Shown: one piece after another, positions 27,264 through 36,761 of the stretch
Layout of the letters: every line of letters starts with the position of its first letter
How positions within the stretch are numbered: position 1 is the first letter of the stretch
DNA from: a virus
Lineage: Duplodnaviria; Caudoviricetes
Length of the DNA: 37,217 bases
Direction: 5' to 3' (one strand)
Virus record (IMG/VR): IMGVR_UViG_3300022670_000095
Span: 1 to 37,217 of that record
Notes under the pieces: model-generated
What the model was told of the DNA's origin: nothing
Database searches by the model: none
What the model saw: only the letters and a program-made list of their open reading frames with translations
Made by a program: the position numbers and the translations under genes

Positions 27264-27441
27264 CTTTAAATGCAGTTCATGTGAGCTAGAATATGAAAGG
27301 CGTATTGATAGCGATACTCAAACTATTGAATGCGAGTGTGGTAGTGATGCAGTTAGACAAGTATCAGCGCCTAAGTTTGCAGGTAATTCATGTGGTAAGA
27401 ATGCAAGTTGGAGTAAGAAAATAATCAAAGGAGTTAACTGA
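27247..27441 (+). CDS. FmdB-like zinc-ribbon protein
   Basis: FKCSSC...E...C.CGS.A.RQVSAP.F. Confidence 0.7.
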   Translation: MKITLNFKCSSCELEYERRIDSDTQTIECECGSDAVRQVSAPKFAGNSCGKNASWSKKIIKGVN

Positions 27442-27788
27442 TGTTTGAATGGTATAAGAAAGGAGAGTTAGTTGATCAACTAAAGTTCTTCGGAGCTAAG
27501 AAGCAGGGGTTTATTAGTGTTTACGCTAAGAAGCCGCGCATTAGGGTTAAGGTTGAGAGTGATAAGCCTTTGGTTGAGACGTTGCGAGATATAAGCTTAC
27601 AGCAAGGTCGTGAACAGTTGGATTTAATGATGATTGAACAGGCTAGGCAACTTGGTCTTGCTCCTATGCGTACTGAGCATGGCGGTCGACTTGCTGGCCT
27701 AGGTGGTATGGGCGCTGCAAATATGGGTATGCATGGTGGTCAGGCTGCGGGTTGTGGTCAGGCTGGTGCGCCAAGTAGATATTACTAA
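27441..27788 (+). CDS. Hypothetical protein with a Gly/Met-rich tail
   Basis: AGGAG RBS. Confidence 0.6.
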   Translation: MFEWYKKGELVDQLKFFGAKKQGFISVYAKKPRIRVKVESDKPLVETLRDISLQQGREQLDLMMIEQARQLGLAPMRTEHGGRLAGLGGMGAANMGMHGGQAAGCGQAGAPSRYY

Positions 27789-27791
27789 ACG

Positions 27792-27821
27792 AAAAAACCC
27801 GCTACTTTTAACGGTAGCGGG
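27792..27821 (-). terminator. Intrinsic terminator after the portal gene
   Basis: Stem cccgctac/gtagcggg with a U6 tract on the minus strand. Confidence 0.7.
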
Positions 27822-27851
27822 AAAGTTTACGGTAAGGTGCTTTATTGTTAT

Positions 27852-30086
27852 CTAACTATCGTTTTGCTTCTCGCTAACGATATCACTTTGAGTCCTCATA
27901 TTATCAATTAAGCCTGGGCCTATAATCGTAGCGTCACCACTCGCATCTTGAATCGTTTTAAGGTTAGCAATAGCATCATTAATCTGCTGCTGTTGTGCTG
28001 CCTGAGCTTTAAACGTAGCATCGATTTGCATTTGCTGACTAGCTTGGTCAATCTTCTGCTGTCCTTGGTCAATCTTAGCGGCTTCAACGTTAAACTTAGC
28101 ATTACCGGCTCTATCAAACTCTTGCTGCCTTAGGTTTAATTCCTTATCCCTTAGTTGCAACTCCATCATTTTAAGTTGCTGATTACCTTGTACCTCGGCT
28201 TGTTTATTCTGAGCGCTTTGCATATCAGCTTGGCCTTTTAACTCTTCCGCCCTTGCTGCTATCATTAATGGATCTTCTTGAGGTGGCTGATTCTGCGCTG
28301 CCTCTTGTTGAGCTTGTATCTGTTGGCGTTCTTCATCAGTCCATTGTGTTTCAGGGATTAAACCGGCATTAAGTAACTCAACTCTTGCGCGTTCTGCCAT
28401 TTGATCCATACCAGGAACAGCCAAGTTTTTAAGCATGATATCTTTACCTTGCTGTAAAAAGCTCGGGTCGATAGCTGCCATATCAAGGAATGCTTGAGTT
28501 GTTTCTTTTTGCTGACTATTAAATGCTGGGCCAAAGTCACAAAGTACATCGTAATCACCTTTGGATAAATCATTAAGCTCTACGTTTTGTTGCGACTGCT
28601 CATCAAATACAGTTTGGTGCAATGTAACCATTGAGCTTGTACCGTCCTCTTCAAGTATACGAACCTGACGAGTAGAATCATAAACTCTAGGTATAGCATT
28701 GATTAATACTTTACCAACTTGGCACACCATAACCTCTAATGACTTAAACCATTTAATTGAGCCTATGTTACCTTGTTCTATTTGTTGACTGCCGGCTATA
28801 CCACTTTGCATTGGATTAGCATTACCTTGTAAGGCGTTAAAGCTATTAGCGCTTGCTGATATCATTTGCTGAGTGTTGGCAATGGTAGTTTGTAAACCTT
28901 GACTAGCCTCGATACCGCCCTGCATAAATGGCGGCGGCGTACCATCTACATGATTGTACTGTTGTAGTGGGTCGTTATTAGTATTCATTGTTTGAATGGT
29001 AGCCTCATACCCTTCTATCTGCTCACCAGTTGCCCAATACTTGCGACGAGGTGACAATGCACCGTCTTCAATATCACGCGACATAGCATAGTTTAAAATG
29101 CGTTGTTGGTCATAAAGCTTTTCAATCTTACCGAAGTAGATAACCTTGTTTTCAAAGATATCAAAGTTGCCATAAATAGGAATGATAGGTAAGTCATTGA
29201 ATACTGTTTTCTCTTCATCCTTTAACCATTTACCACCATCAAAAAGGCGAGAGTGAACACGCCAAGACTTTCTCTTTCTGCGCTTCTCATTGCCTTCGTT
29301 ATCTTTTTCAATGGTAATGCCTTGCTGCGCTAACTCTTCTTGAACCGATTCAAACTTATCATCAGCACGATATACAGCGCCGTTAGTCATTCGTACCAAT
29401 TCAATATCAACTTTCTTTTTGTAATACAGTTGACCAACAGTTACAAAATCAGCCTTGTTAAAGTAAGCAGTTGACTGCCTGTCATCACCCACACTTTGAT
29501 TTGAGCCGTCAGAAAATCTTTCTTTATATTCTGCTGCTGGCATAGCGATTAACTTAACACACCATTTAGCATCACTACCATCTTGCTTAACTGAGCCCAA
29601 GTCAAACCATACGGAATCTAAAGCATTGGGCACTTTCTTGATGATTAAATCTTGGTCGAATGAATCACCATCAACAAACTCTTGCACGACTTCAACGGCA
29701 TCAAAGCCACCGATAACATTAGAACGTGAAGCATCATTAAAAACTGCATCAGCGTTTGACACGTTTCTTATGTTACGAATCAGTCCGTCATAAGTTTTGG
29801 CAACGTCCATTGATGAGTCGCCACCACTAGGGGAAACATTCAAGCTAAAATCTGATTGTTCAATCTCTCCACTTATCTGATCCACAATAGGTGTACACAT
29901 ATCAAACGTACCACGAAAGCGGCCATTCATTTTGGTAATGGCGTAAGGGTCCCATTGTCCATCACGCTTATTAAGAAATAACTTTGCATCCCTTGCGGCT
30001 TGCCTTGAGTCATTACTTGCGTCTTGAGCTTCTTTAACCATGATTAGCACGTTGCTGTGCTTGCTGAAATCTATATCTGTTGCCAT
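27852..30086 (-). CDS. Portal protein (P22 gp1-like)
   Basis: About 744 aa after TerL; IDQISGE, IPIYG, D.QR..NY..S, GDYDV..D.GPAF.SQ; Q-rich C-terminal coiled coil. Confidence 0.9.
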   Translation of the reverse strand: MATDIDFSKHSNVLIMVKEAQDASNDSRQAARDAKLFLNKRDGQWDPYAITKMNGRFRGTFDMCTPIVDQISGEIEQSDFSLNVSPSGGDSSMDVAKTYDGLIRNIRNVSNADAVFNDASRSNVIGGFDAVEVVQEFVDGDSFDQDLIIKKVPNALDSVWFDLGSVKQDGSDAKWCVKLIAMPAAEYKERFSDGSNQSVGDDRQSTAYFNKADFVTVGQLYYKKKVDIELVRMTNGAVYRADDKFESVQEELAQQGITIEKDNEGNEKRRKRKSWRVHSRLFDGGKWLKDEEKTVFNDLPIIPIYGNFDIFENKVIYFGKIEKLYDQQRILNYAMSRDIEDGALSPRRKYWATGEQIEGYEATIQTMNTNNDPLQQYNHVDGTPPPFMQGGIEASQGLQTTIANTQQMISASANSFNALQGNANPMQSGIAGSQQIEQGNIGSIKWFKSLEVMVCQVGKVLINAIPRVYDSTRQVRILEEDGTSSMVTLHQTVFDEQSQQNVELNDLSKGDYDVLCDFGPAFNSQQKETTQAFLDMAAIDPSFLQQGKDIMLKNLAVPGMDQMAERARVELLNAGLIPETQWTDEERQQIQAQQEAAQNQPPQEDPLMIAARAEELKGQADMQSAQNKQAEVQGNQQLKMMELQLRDKELNLRQQEFDRAGNAKFNVEAAKIDQGQQKIDQASQQMQIDATFKAQAAQQQQINDAIANLKTIQDASGDATIIGPGLIDNMRTQSDIVSEKQNDS

Positions 30087-30100
30087 TTTTACATTCCTAT

Positions 30101-31657
30101 TTAACAAATAGAGTCAAAGACTAATTTTGTTCTCTTGACTGGGGTTAACTTGTTTGCAGATTGGCATTGGCCAAACTGTCTAAAAGCATCGGCGCATTCG
30201 GAATGCACATCGTGAACTGGTTGATCCATAAATCTAGCTGTGGTGTTATTCCATCTCTTTCTGTATGAATCTAAATGGATAATCCCTTCCTTACAGTTTT
30301 CTTCATCTATCCAGCAAGTGGAGAATGAATCTCTTGTTGCCTGTATGCCATGGCTTATATCATCAACTCTTTTTACTATCTCGATATTCTTCAAGCCCAA
30401 CTTAGATAATTTATCTTTAGGGGCTATATTGGCCATTGCACCCTGTCTTACGTGCTTAGCATCATGAGGTAGGTAATGAACACCCCAAGAGTAATCAAGT
30501 TTAGCTAGCTCTTTAGTGTAATAAGAATAAGGCTCTCCCCATCCTTCAATGTAACCTATAAAGTGATCGGCTTGCCCTACTCTTTGATGAAGCCAGATAC
30601 CAGTGCCATCACCACTACCAATATCCCAAAATGTATTTACTGGTATTCCATCCCTATAAGGGACCGTTGTTATTCTACCGTCTTTGCGAGCTTTTGTCAT
30701 TTGCACCGTATAGTAACAACCCTCTTTGGATTTTTGGAACGCCTCTTTTGTTGTGCTTGGGTATTCCTGCCACATCTTTTCTTCTTCACCAGAGAATTCA
30801 GAGTCGCGAGTCATAACCCACCAGGCTCTTTGCTCGAGTGATATTAAGCATTTAGCATCTTGCTCTATTTTATCAAAATAACTATGGTCCTTTTCAGTAA
30901 GCAGGACATCATCAGGATTTGTCGAGTATTCTTTGTTGCCATGCCACGGGTAAAAGTGAAGCTTATAATCTTTAGGGTTAAGTTTCTTACCTGCCAGCAT
31001 TAAGTCTTCTGCTCTCTTTGTTATCTTATAGAAATGCCCGTCTTGGCCTTCTGCTGTTGATTCGATAAATACCATGCCGTTAGTAGGTACGGCAGGAATT
31101 GAGCCGGTTATAACTTCCTCAGCTCTTTCGGGGAACTTGGCGCATATTTTACCGAACTCTGATATATGTAGGTATTGCAACGTACCAGATCGTGCCGATG
31201 TAGCCACACGTATCGAGCTATTATTGTGTGCAAAAAGCAATTCACTGGCGCTATCTCTAGCTAGTGGCATAGCTTCTTTTAATGAAGGTGGTAGGTTGTC
31301 ATAAGCAAACCCCACTTTATCTCTGAATATGGTTTTAGCTACATCCTCACTTTGAGCAATAACAGCCGCTCTCACATTCTCTCTGAACAACACGCAATCC
31401 AAAAAGAATATACCGATAGCAGTGGTAAACCCTAACTGCCTAGCTTTTAAGATATTGTTTCTAGTGTGGAGATTGTTAAATAGATTTAACTGTGCCTCAT
31501 TTGGTATGAACGGTAATACTAAAGAGTCTTCGTTATTGTCGCCCTTGATCATTATCTTATACAACTGGCCACTGGTTATCCTCCACCATGGATCAGCAAG
31601 GCACTCTTTGAACTCTTCTTCGTTCTTGGGTATTTTAGTTGCTAGTTGACGGTCCAA
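30101..31657 (-). CDS. terL: Terminase large subunit (likely TTG start at 31657)
   Basis: Walker A ILKARQLGFTT, Walker B LHISEF, ESTAEG, nuclease WDIGSGD...HSECADAFR; GGAG RBS before TTG. Confidence 0.92.
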   Translation of the reverse strand: MDRQLATKIPKNEEEFKECLADPWWRITSGQLYKIMIKGDNNEDSLVLPFIPNEAQLNLFNNLHTRNNILKARQLGFTTAIGIFFLDCVLFRENVRAAVIAQSEDVAKTIFRDKVGFAYDNLPPSLKEAMPLARDSASELLFAHNNSSIRVATSARSGTLQYLHISEFGKICAKFPERAEEVITGSIPAVPTNGMVFIESTAEGQDGHFYKITKRAEDLMLAGKKLNPKDYKLHFYPWHGNKEYSTNPDDVLLTEKDHSYFDKIEQDAKCLISLEQRAWWVMTRDSEFSGEEEKMWQEYPSTTKEAFQKSKEGCYYTVQMTKARKDGRITTVPYRDGIPVNTFWDIGSGDGTGIWLHQRVGQADHFIGYIEGWGEPYSYYTKELAKLDYSWGVHYLPHDAKHVRQGAMANIAPKDKLSKLGLKNIEIVKRVDDISHGIQATRDSFSTCWIDEENCKEGIIHLDSYRKRWNNTTARFMDQPVHDVHSECADAFRQFGQCQSANKLTPVKRTKLVFDSIC

Positions 31658-32132
31658 GTGTGCTCCCTGATATCTCTCTGATAACCATAGTAAGTGGATT
31701 CTCAACACTGCCTGATAACTCTTTCTTATCCGTCAACCCTAAATCCCTAGCTATAATGTTAGGATTTAACAAGCCAGCACTAGCCCCTTCAAACTTCTGA
31801 GTCTCTATAATTTCTTTGATTGTGCTTATGACTTCGGAAAAGTCATTATCTTCTTTTTTATCTAAATTCAAATCACTAATGAAATCATTGAGATACTTAG
31901 TGTTAACACCCCAATAGATACAAAGACCCTTAACGGTCATTGCTCGCATCAATTCCTCGCTATCTGGACTTACTGCTCCTTGGTAGACTATAGCCTTTTT
32001 TAGAGGATTATCTTCTGACCACTGAAAGTAATCAAACGCAGCCTCCAACATAATTTCAGGGGTGGCGAATATCTTATCTCTGCCGTGTTTACTTCTAGCT
32101 TTCCAAAACTGATTACCTTTAGGCGCAGCCAT
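31635..32132 (-). CDS. terS: Terminase small subunit (P22 gp3-like)
   Basis: MAAPKGNQFWKARSKHGR...QKFEGASAGLLNPNIIARDLGL. Confidence 0.92.
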   Translation of the reverse strand: MAAPKGNQFWKARSKHGRDKIFATPEIMLEAAFDYFQWSEDNPLKKAIVYQGAVSPDSEELMRAMTVKGLCIYWGVNTKYLNDFISDLNLDKKEDNDFSEVISTIKEIIETQKFEGASAGLLNPNIIARDLGLTDKKELSGSVENPLTMVIREISGSTLGPSTSN

Positions 32133-32161
32133 TACTATTCCTTAACGCTGTATTTAGTTAA

Positions 32162-32197
32162 ATTATATCATAAATAAAAAAAGCCCGTAATGGGCTT
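32162..32197 (-). promoter_or_regulatory. Terminator immediately followed by an extended -10 promoter for terS
   Basis: aagccc/gggctt hairpin with U tract, then TGA-TATAAT (32170-32162). Confidence 0.6.
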
Positions 32198-32233
32198 ATA
32201 TTCGTAGTGGGAGAAGTACACTTTAGCTTTGAT

Positions 32234-32338
32234 TTACTTAGCTTTTTTCTTAGTCTGCTTTTTAGGCTTTCTCACTATCTGCTTTTTAGCCTTATCATGG
32301 CTAGTCTTGGTTCGTTGACCTCTTGAGTTAGCTGGCAT
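32234..32338 (-). CDS. Very basic 34-aa peptide
   Basis: MPANSRGQRTKTSHDKAKKQIVRKPKKQTKKKAK; starts 2 nt after the upstream stop. Confidence 0.55.
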   Translation of the reverse strand: MPANSRGQRTKTSHDKAKKQIVRKPKKQTKKKAK

Positions 32339-32340
32339 GG

Positions 32341-32583
32341 TTACGCTCTCGTCATACTAAAGGTTGCATCACCGGTTAAAGCTGCTTTAAATCGGCATGT
32401 TGATAGCTGAATTAAGTCCGTAGTACTACCAGCAAGAACGCCATCTGTGATACTGGCAGTGTTTACTAGTGTCATTTCACCGGCTGGAGCATAGCTTAAT
32501 GTGATACTGCCTGTACCTGCATCAGCTAAATAACTCCAAGTACCTCTTGGAACTGTTTGTTCTTCGTCTGCTGTAAATTTCAT
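32341..32583 (-). CDS. Small beta-rich protein, possibly virion-associated
   Basis: GAGGTG RBS; 80 aa. Confidence 0.65.
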   Translation of the reverse strand: MKFTADEEQTVPRGTWSYLADAGTGSITLSYAPAGEMTLVNTASITDGVLAGSTTDLIQLSTCRFKAALTGDATFSMTRA

Positions 32584-32636
32584 AAATCACCTCTATTAAA
32601 TTAAATTAGTTATTGCATTCTACCACTGATTAAGGG

Positions 32637-34535
32637 TTATTGTGGTATTGCATTTGTTCCGCTAAGGTAACAGAAGCTAGAACCAGCGCTAACCCTGCCC
32701 ATCAATTCTATTTCACCGTTACCATCAGCAACAGCATTAAATGTATGGTAATGATCGACACTTGGTGGTGATGCGTTCAATGATATAAAGGTACTACCTC
32801 CATCAATACTGTAATCACCAACCCTTGACACACCGCTATTTCTGAATACTGCAATCTCAAGCGTTACACTCTGACCTACATTGTATCCTTTTCTTGTCTG
32901 TAATATCACCCATGTAGCAGACTGTGTATAAACGTAACCATCTTTTACTTTGTCATTAAGTAGGCTTTGACTAACATCGCCAGTATCAAACCCGTTAGTG
33001 TTTACACCGCTAAGAGTTAGCGGTTGAGTTAGAGTTACACTTGAAGGTAAATATCCGCTAGTAGGTGACAGGCTAAAATCAACACAATTGTAAATATCAT
33101 TACCGCCAAATAGCGCACGACTTCCTCGGTTAGAATCGAAGTTATTAGTGAATAGTGTTATATCATCCCTAGGAATAGCCTGAATACCTACTGGGTTTTC
33201 TATTCTGCTTATTGCTATAGGTGCATTACCTGATAGCCTAGCATAAATAGAGTCAGCCCATAAATTACGGTTTAATTGATCGCCCATTTTATTTAGATGT
33301 ACCGGGTCAGGCGATGATAATATTAACTCTGAACTATTTCTAACAAAGTTGTACATTGTTAAATATGGCTTGCCGTTTCCGTCACTCATATCTAATGACG
33401 TTAATGGCAGTGCAGGATTAACTATGGCTTCATTAAATGGTAAAGAACCTGCTTGTTCGTTGTTTATAGTGGTTGCATCGTAATCTCTAAATGATGTCCC
33501 TACCGGCATGGGAACATTACCGTTATCAGCTATTGATGTGACAAGTGATGCGTAATCATTTATCAACGTATCTCTATTTGGCTGGCTTAGAGTTGACCAT
33601 GGGCGGTTATCACTTACATCATTACCGATACAATGGAACACAACTAAAATATCACCTCTACCCGTAACCGCTGCCTTTTCTGCATTCCATGCGCTAAGTG
33701 TTGGAGTTACACCTCGACCGCCTATACTTTTATCTACAAAAGTTATACCGCTATACCCTAGTGCGGTTAACTGTTGAGAAAATACCGTTTCGTAATTGGT
33801 TATCAGTGCGTCAGATATTGATGCGCCGTAAATCCATACCTCAGTTATTCCAGCTATAGCCTCAATTGATGCTATCTCAATTACTGCCGGCAATTCTTGA
33901 GGTAATGGTGATATATTGTCCCACTGGGTTTTATCGCCACTTAACTGGAATGACTCCCTATCGCTATCGGGGATATCAACATATGTTATCGTGTTATTGG
34001 CTTCTTCGCTTGGCTCTGAATTACCTGTTGACAACCCTAGTGTGTTGGTAGTAGTTACCGAGGATATAGTTGCAACAGGGTTAGCTAGTATTCCGTTATA
34101 GAAGCTAGCCATTGTAAACCGAGTGCCTAAATATTTTATATTCTTCGTGGTTGTAGCTGTTATTTTTGCCTTGTGAAGCTTTCCATCTATAGGGTAATTG
34201 TCCGCACCTGTCACTAATAGATTATCAACTTCAAGGGTAAATCCTGTCGCCATATTGTAAGTGCCATTACTGGCAAGCAATACCCACGCTCTTTGCGCAT
34301 CAACAACGCCATCACCATCTGTTAGGTACTCACTTCCAGTTGTAACCCCGTTAGGCGCTAAAAAATCAAATTCAAAAGTATCATCTGACTCTAAATCTAG
34401 TGTAGTAACATATGAGTAATAGCTTGGTATTGCATCATCTAGCTGAATGAATGTTCTTTTAATCGCGGCTACCAATGGATTAACCATAGATGTAATCATT
34501 GGCCTAATCATTGGTCGTATCATTGATCTAATCAT
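32637..34535 (-). CDS. SGNH/GDSL hydrolase-domain protein with beta-sandwich domains
   Basis: IYGASIS (block I), SIGG, IGND (block III), DPVHLN..G (block V). Confidence 0.75.
   Translation of the reverse strand: MIRSMIRPMIRPMITSMVNPLVAAIKRTFIQLDDAIPSYYSYVTTLDLESDDTFEFDFLAPNGVTTGSEYLTDGDGVVDAQRAWVLLASNGTYNMATGFTLEVDNLLVTGADNYPIDGKLHKAKITATTTKNIKYLGTRFTMASFYNGILANPVATISSVTTTNTLGLSTGNSEPSEEANNTITYVDIPDSDRESFQLSGDKTQWDNISPLPQELPAVIEIASIEAIAGITEVWIYGASISDALITNYETVFSQQLTALGYSGITFVDKSIGGRGVTPTLSAWNAEKAAVTGRGDILVVFHCIGNDVSDNRPWSTLSQPNRDTLINDYASLVTSIADNGNVPMPVGTSFRDYDATTINNEQAGSLPFNEAIVNPALPLTSLDMSDGNGKPYLTMYNFVRNSSELILSSPDPVHLNKMGDQLNRNLWADSIYARLSGNAPIAISRIENPVGIQAIPRDDITLFTNNFDSNRGSRALFGGNDIYNCVDFSLSPTSGYLPSSVTLTQPLTLSGVNTNGFDTGDVSQSLLNDKVKDGYVYTQSATWVILQTRKGYNVGQSVTLEIAVFRNSGVSRVGDYSIDGGSTFISLNASPPSVDHYHTFNAVADGNGEIELMGRVSAGSSFCYLSGTNAIPQ
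34488..34535 (-). repeat. Degenerate 12-bp x4 repeat encoding MIRS-MIRP-MIRP-MITS
   Basis: Seen directly at the 5' end of the SGNH gene. Confidence 0.8.
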
Positions 34536-34855
34536 TATTTAACCTTGTTTAGCTTGCTGAGTATTTCGCTTATTCCATCATCCACTTTACTAAATGATTT
34601 CTCAGTCTCTATTATGTGGGCTTTTAAATCTTTTTTGTTCTGGTCTGCCTGTGTAGCCTTGGAGTAAGTCATAAGGTAAAACACTGTAGCTATAGTGCCG
34701 AATATACAACTAGCAATAAAACCTAAAGCCGGCGCGTTGGCATTAATAAAATCAAACCAGCCAAGTTTAGTTGCGGCGCCCAAGCTTACGGCGGATGCTG
34801 CGGCTCCATCCGCCAAAACCCTTGTTACTTCTTGCTTCACGCTCTTTCTCCACAA
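34535..34855 (-). CDS. Putative holin-like membrane protein
   Basis: TM segment(s) plus a charged coiled-coil C-terminus, near the endolysin. Confidence 0.45.
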   Translation of the reverse strand: MWRKSVKQEVTRVLADGAAASAVSLGAATKLGWFDFINANAPALGFIASCIFGTIATVFYLMTYSKATQADQNKKDLKAHIIETEKSFSKVDDGISEILSKLNKVK

Positions 34856-35343
34856 ATCTTATGTACAGAAAAGCTCTTACTATAACACCAAGAATAAAAA
34901 CTAATCCGGAGTAAATGCTCCCGTATGTTTCGAAGTGCGCTAGTAATTCCATCACTTGATATCACCATCTGTAGTAATCCGATCGTTAGTATTAGTTCAT
35001 CATACCAACTGTAAAAGAAATGACTTACAAATGATGAGTGCACCGTAAGGTCCCATATTATCATAGTATGACAAATAACGGAAAACCATAAGAGTAAAGA
35101 CATTTTAAAGGCTAGCTTATCTTTGAAGTATAAAGTCGTTAGTATTACAGAGGTTAACCCGTCAAGCTTTATGAAAAAGCCTTTTTCGTCAAGGTAACTC
35201 ATAGGCTCAGTTAAGCCAAGAATATCGACTATTAATATATTTGAAGAGCATGACAATAGAATAATGATGGAGCACAGAAAGTAATTTTTATTACTAAACA
35301 GTAAAACCGTGAACCATACAACCATCATATAAACTATTATCAT
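34837..35343 (-). CDS. Multi-pass membrane protein
   Basis: About five hydrophobic helices. Confidence 0.7.
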   Translation of the reverse strand: MIIVYMMVVWFTVLLFSNKNYFLCSIIILLSCSSNILIVDILGLTEPMSYLDEKGFFIKLDGLTSVILTTLYFKDKLAFKMSLLLWFSVICHTMIIWDLTVHSSFVSHFFYSWYDELILTIGLLQMVISSDGITSALRNIREHLLRISFYSWCYSKSFSVHKICGERA

Positions 35344-35347
35344 AATT

Positions 35348-35491
35348 TTACTTCTTGTCTCGTATTGCTCTAGCTCTTGCTCGCGCTCTAGCTCTAGCCC
35401 TTACCTTTGCCGCTTCAATTTCTGTTGATTCTTCGTCAGTAATTGAAAGTAATCTCTTTTTAGGTTTGGTTTTATTACCTGTTGCAGCCAT
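35348..35491 (-). CDS. 47-aa basic peptide with an (Arg-Ala)6 repeat
   Basis: MAATGNKTKPKKRLLSITDEESTEIEAAKVRARARARARARAIRDKK; GGAG RBS; TATAAT upstream at 35526-35521. Confidence 0.65.
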   Translation of the reverse strand: MAATGNKTKPKKRLLSITDEESTEIEAAKVRARARARARARAIRDKK

Positions 35492-35528
35492 GTGTAACTC
35501 CGGTTAAATAGTCAAGCTTAATTATACA

Positions 35529-35918
35529 CTAATACATGCTATTTTTCCTAGCCTCACCACCACCGAATAACCAGGTAGTCCAAAACCATGTGCGCTTCCT
35601 GAACCATCGACCTTCATCGTTAAGTATATCAGCTAAAACTTTTGACGCTTGCCAGTTGGTACACTTAGTGCCGTCATTGAATTTACCTGTGTTACAAAGT
35701 TTATCGTGAAATAACCAACCAAATGATTTTATATCATAAGCACCTGTGGCCCCATCTGAGATAAAGTATTGTTGGCATACGATGTATTTATCATAGCGCT
35801 CTGACTTGTACCATAGCTCCGTTGTTGTCACGTACCAATCTTTACCGTCTCTATCTTCAAATTCGATAAAGTAATTATTGGCCTTGTAATTTGCAGGCTC
35901 AACCATTAGGAATTTCAT
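35529..35918 (-). CDS. DUF1353-like protein
   Basis: FISDGATG....GWLFHDKLC...A..VL.DIL..EG. Confidence 0.6.
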   Translation of the reverse strand: MKFLMVEPANYKANNYFIEFEDRDGKDWYVTTTELWYKSERYDKYIVCQQYFISDGATGAYDIKSFGWLFHDKLCNTGKFNDGTKCTNWQASKVLADILNDEGRWFRKRTWFWTTWLFGGGEARKNSMY

Positions 35919-35920
35919 AA

Positions 35921-36304
35921 TTATCCTCTCCAGCGTGCTTTTTTGCTTCTTACGTCAATATGCGTAAACTCGTCATACTTACCAAGTCCGAATCTATCAC
36001 TATAAACGCTATCAAGGTAGCGACACACGTCAGAAGCACTAACCATTTCAACAACTATATCAGCAGCTATACCTTGCATGTGCTTACTTTTTGATGAGTA
36101 AGGCACGTAGTTTTTATTAGCTCGCCTTTGAACTACCTCGTTATATTCTCTACACCGACAGCCTGAAGTTATAGTTACCGGCTTATTAAACTTATAACGA
36201 AGTGTTTGCAGCACCTCGATTAATTCAATATCAACAGTAGCAAAGCCGCAACCACACTTACACGCGAATTCTTTACGGCTAAAATATTTGGTTATATCAC
36301 CCAT
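35921..36304 (-). CDS. Peptidase M15 family endolysin
   Basis: YFSRKEFACKCGCG, ITSGCRC..YN, SKHMQGIAADI, FTHIDVR. Confidence 0.9.
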   Translation of the reverse strand: MGDITKYFSRKEFACKCGCGFATVDIELIEVLQTLRYKFNKPVTITSGCRCREYNEVVQRRANKNYVPYSSKSKHMQGIAADIVVEMVSASDVCRYLDSVYSDRFGLGKYDEFTHIDVRSKKARWRG

Positions 36305-36314
36305 TATGTATCCT

Positions 36315-36575
36315 CTACTTTAATTTAGGTGGTGGAGGTAGTGGCATCCAGTGAGTTGCAACTACTCGCCCGAAGAAAGCATCGTCATGGTTCGTATAGT
36401 ACTGCCGAGTAACTATATTTCCAGTGTGACTATGTATTAAATACTTCCCGTCCTTGCTTGGCATTCTATCGCTGCACTTTACCCATTCCATCTTACTCTT
36501 CCTTATGATTAGGTGTTCTAGGTTAGGCATGGTTACTATTTTAATCATGCCTTGTTTGTTCTTTGGCTTACGCAT
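36315..36575 (-). CDS. DUF551-family protein (likely start at 36491)
   Basis: MEWVKCSDRMP...ATHWMPLPPPP. Confidence 0.8.
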   Translation of the reverse strand: MRKPKNKQGMIKIVTMPNLEHLIIRKSKMEWVKCSDRMPSKDGKYLIHSHTGNIVTRQYYTNHDDAFFGRVVATHWMPLPPPPKLK

Positions 36576-36756
36576 CAGCTATCGCATAAATTAACCATGT
36601 TGGAATGCTGCAAAAACTAATGATCGCCCAAAAACCCATGATACTGCCAATAAAAGGCGCATTCTCAATAGCGTCATTCAATACATGCTTATCAAACTGA
36701 AGCGAAATAAACACAGCGATAATATTAATTAAAAATAACTTGGTGTAAAAATCCAT
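36568..36756 (-). CDS. Two-TM small membrane protein
   Basis: Hydrophobic helices. Confidence 0.6.
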   Translation of the reverse strand: MDFYTKLFLINIIAVFISLQFDKHVLNDAIENAPFIGSIMGFWAIISFCSIPTWLIYAIADA

Positions 36757-36761
36757 AACCT

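Noticed and set aside
30240-31649. Plus-strand ORFs within terL
   Set aside because: Antisense shadows of a conserved gene.
31658-31708. N-terminal extension of TerL given in the ORF track
   Set aside because: It would overlap terS extensively; TTG at 31657 has a well-spaced GGAG RBS.
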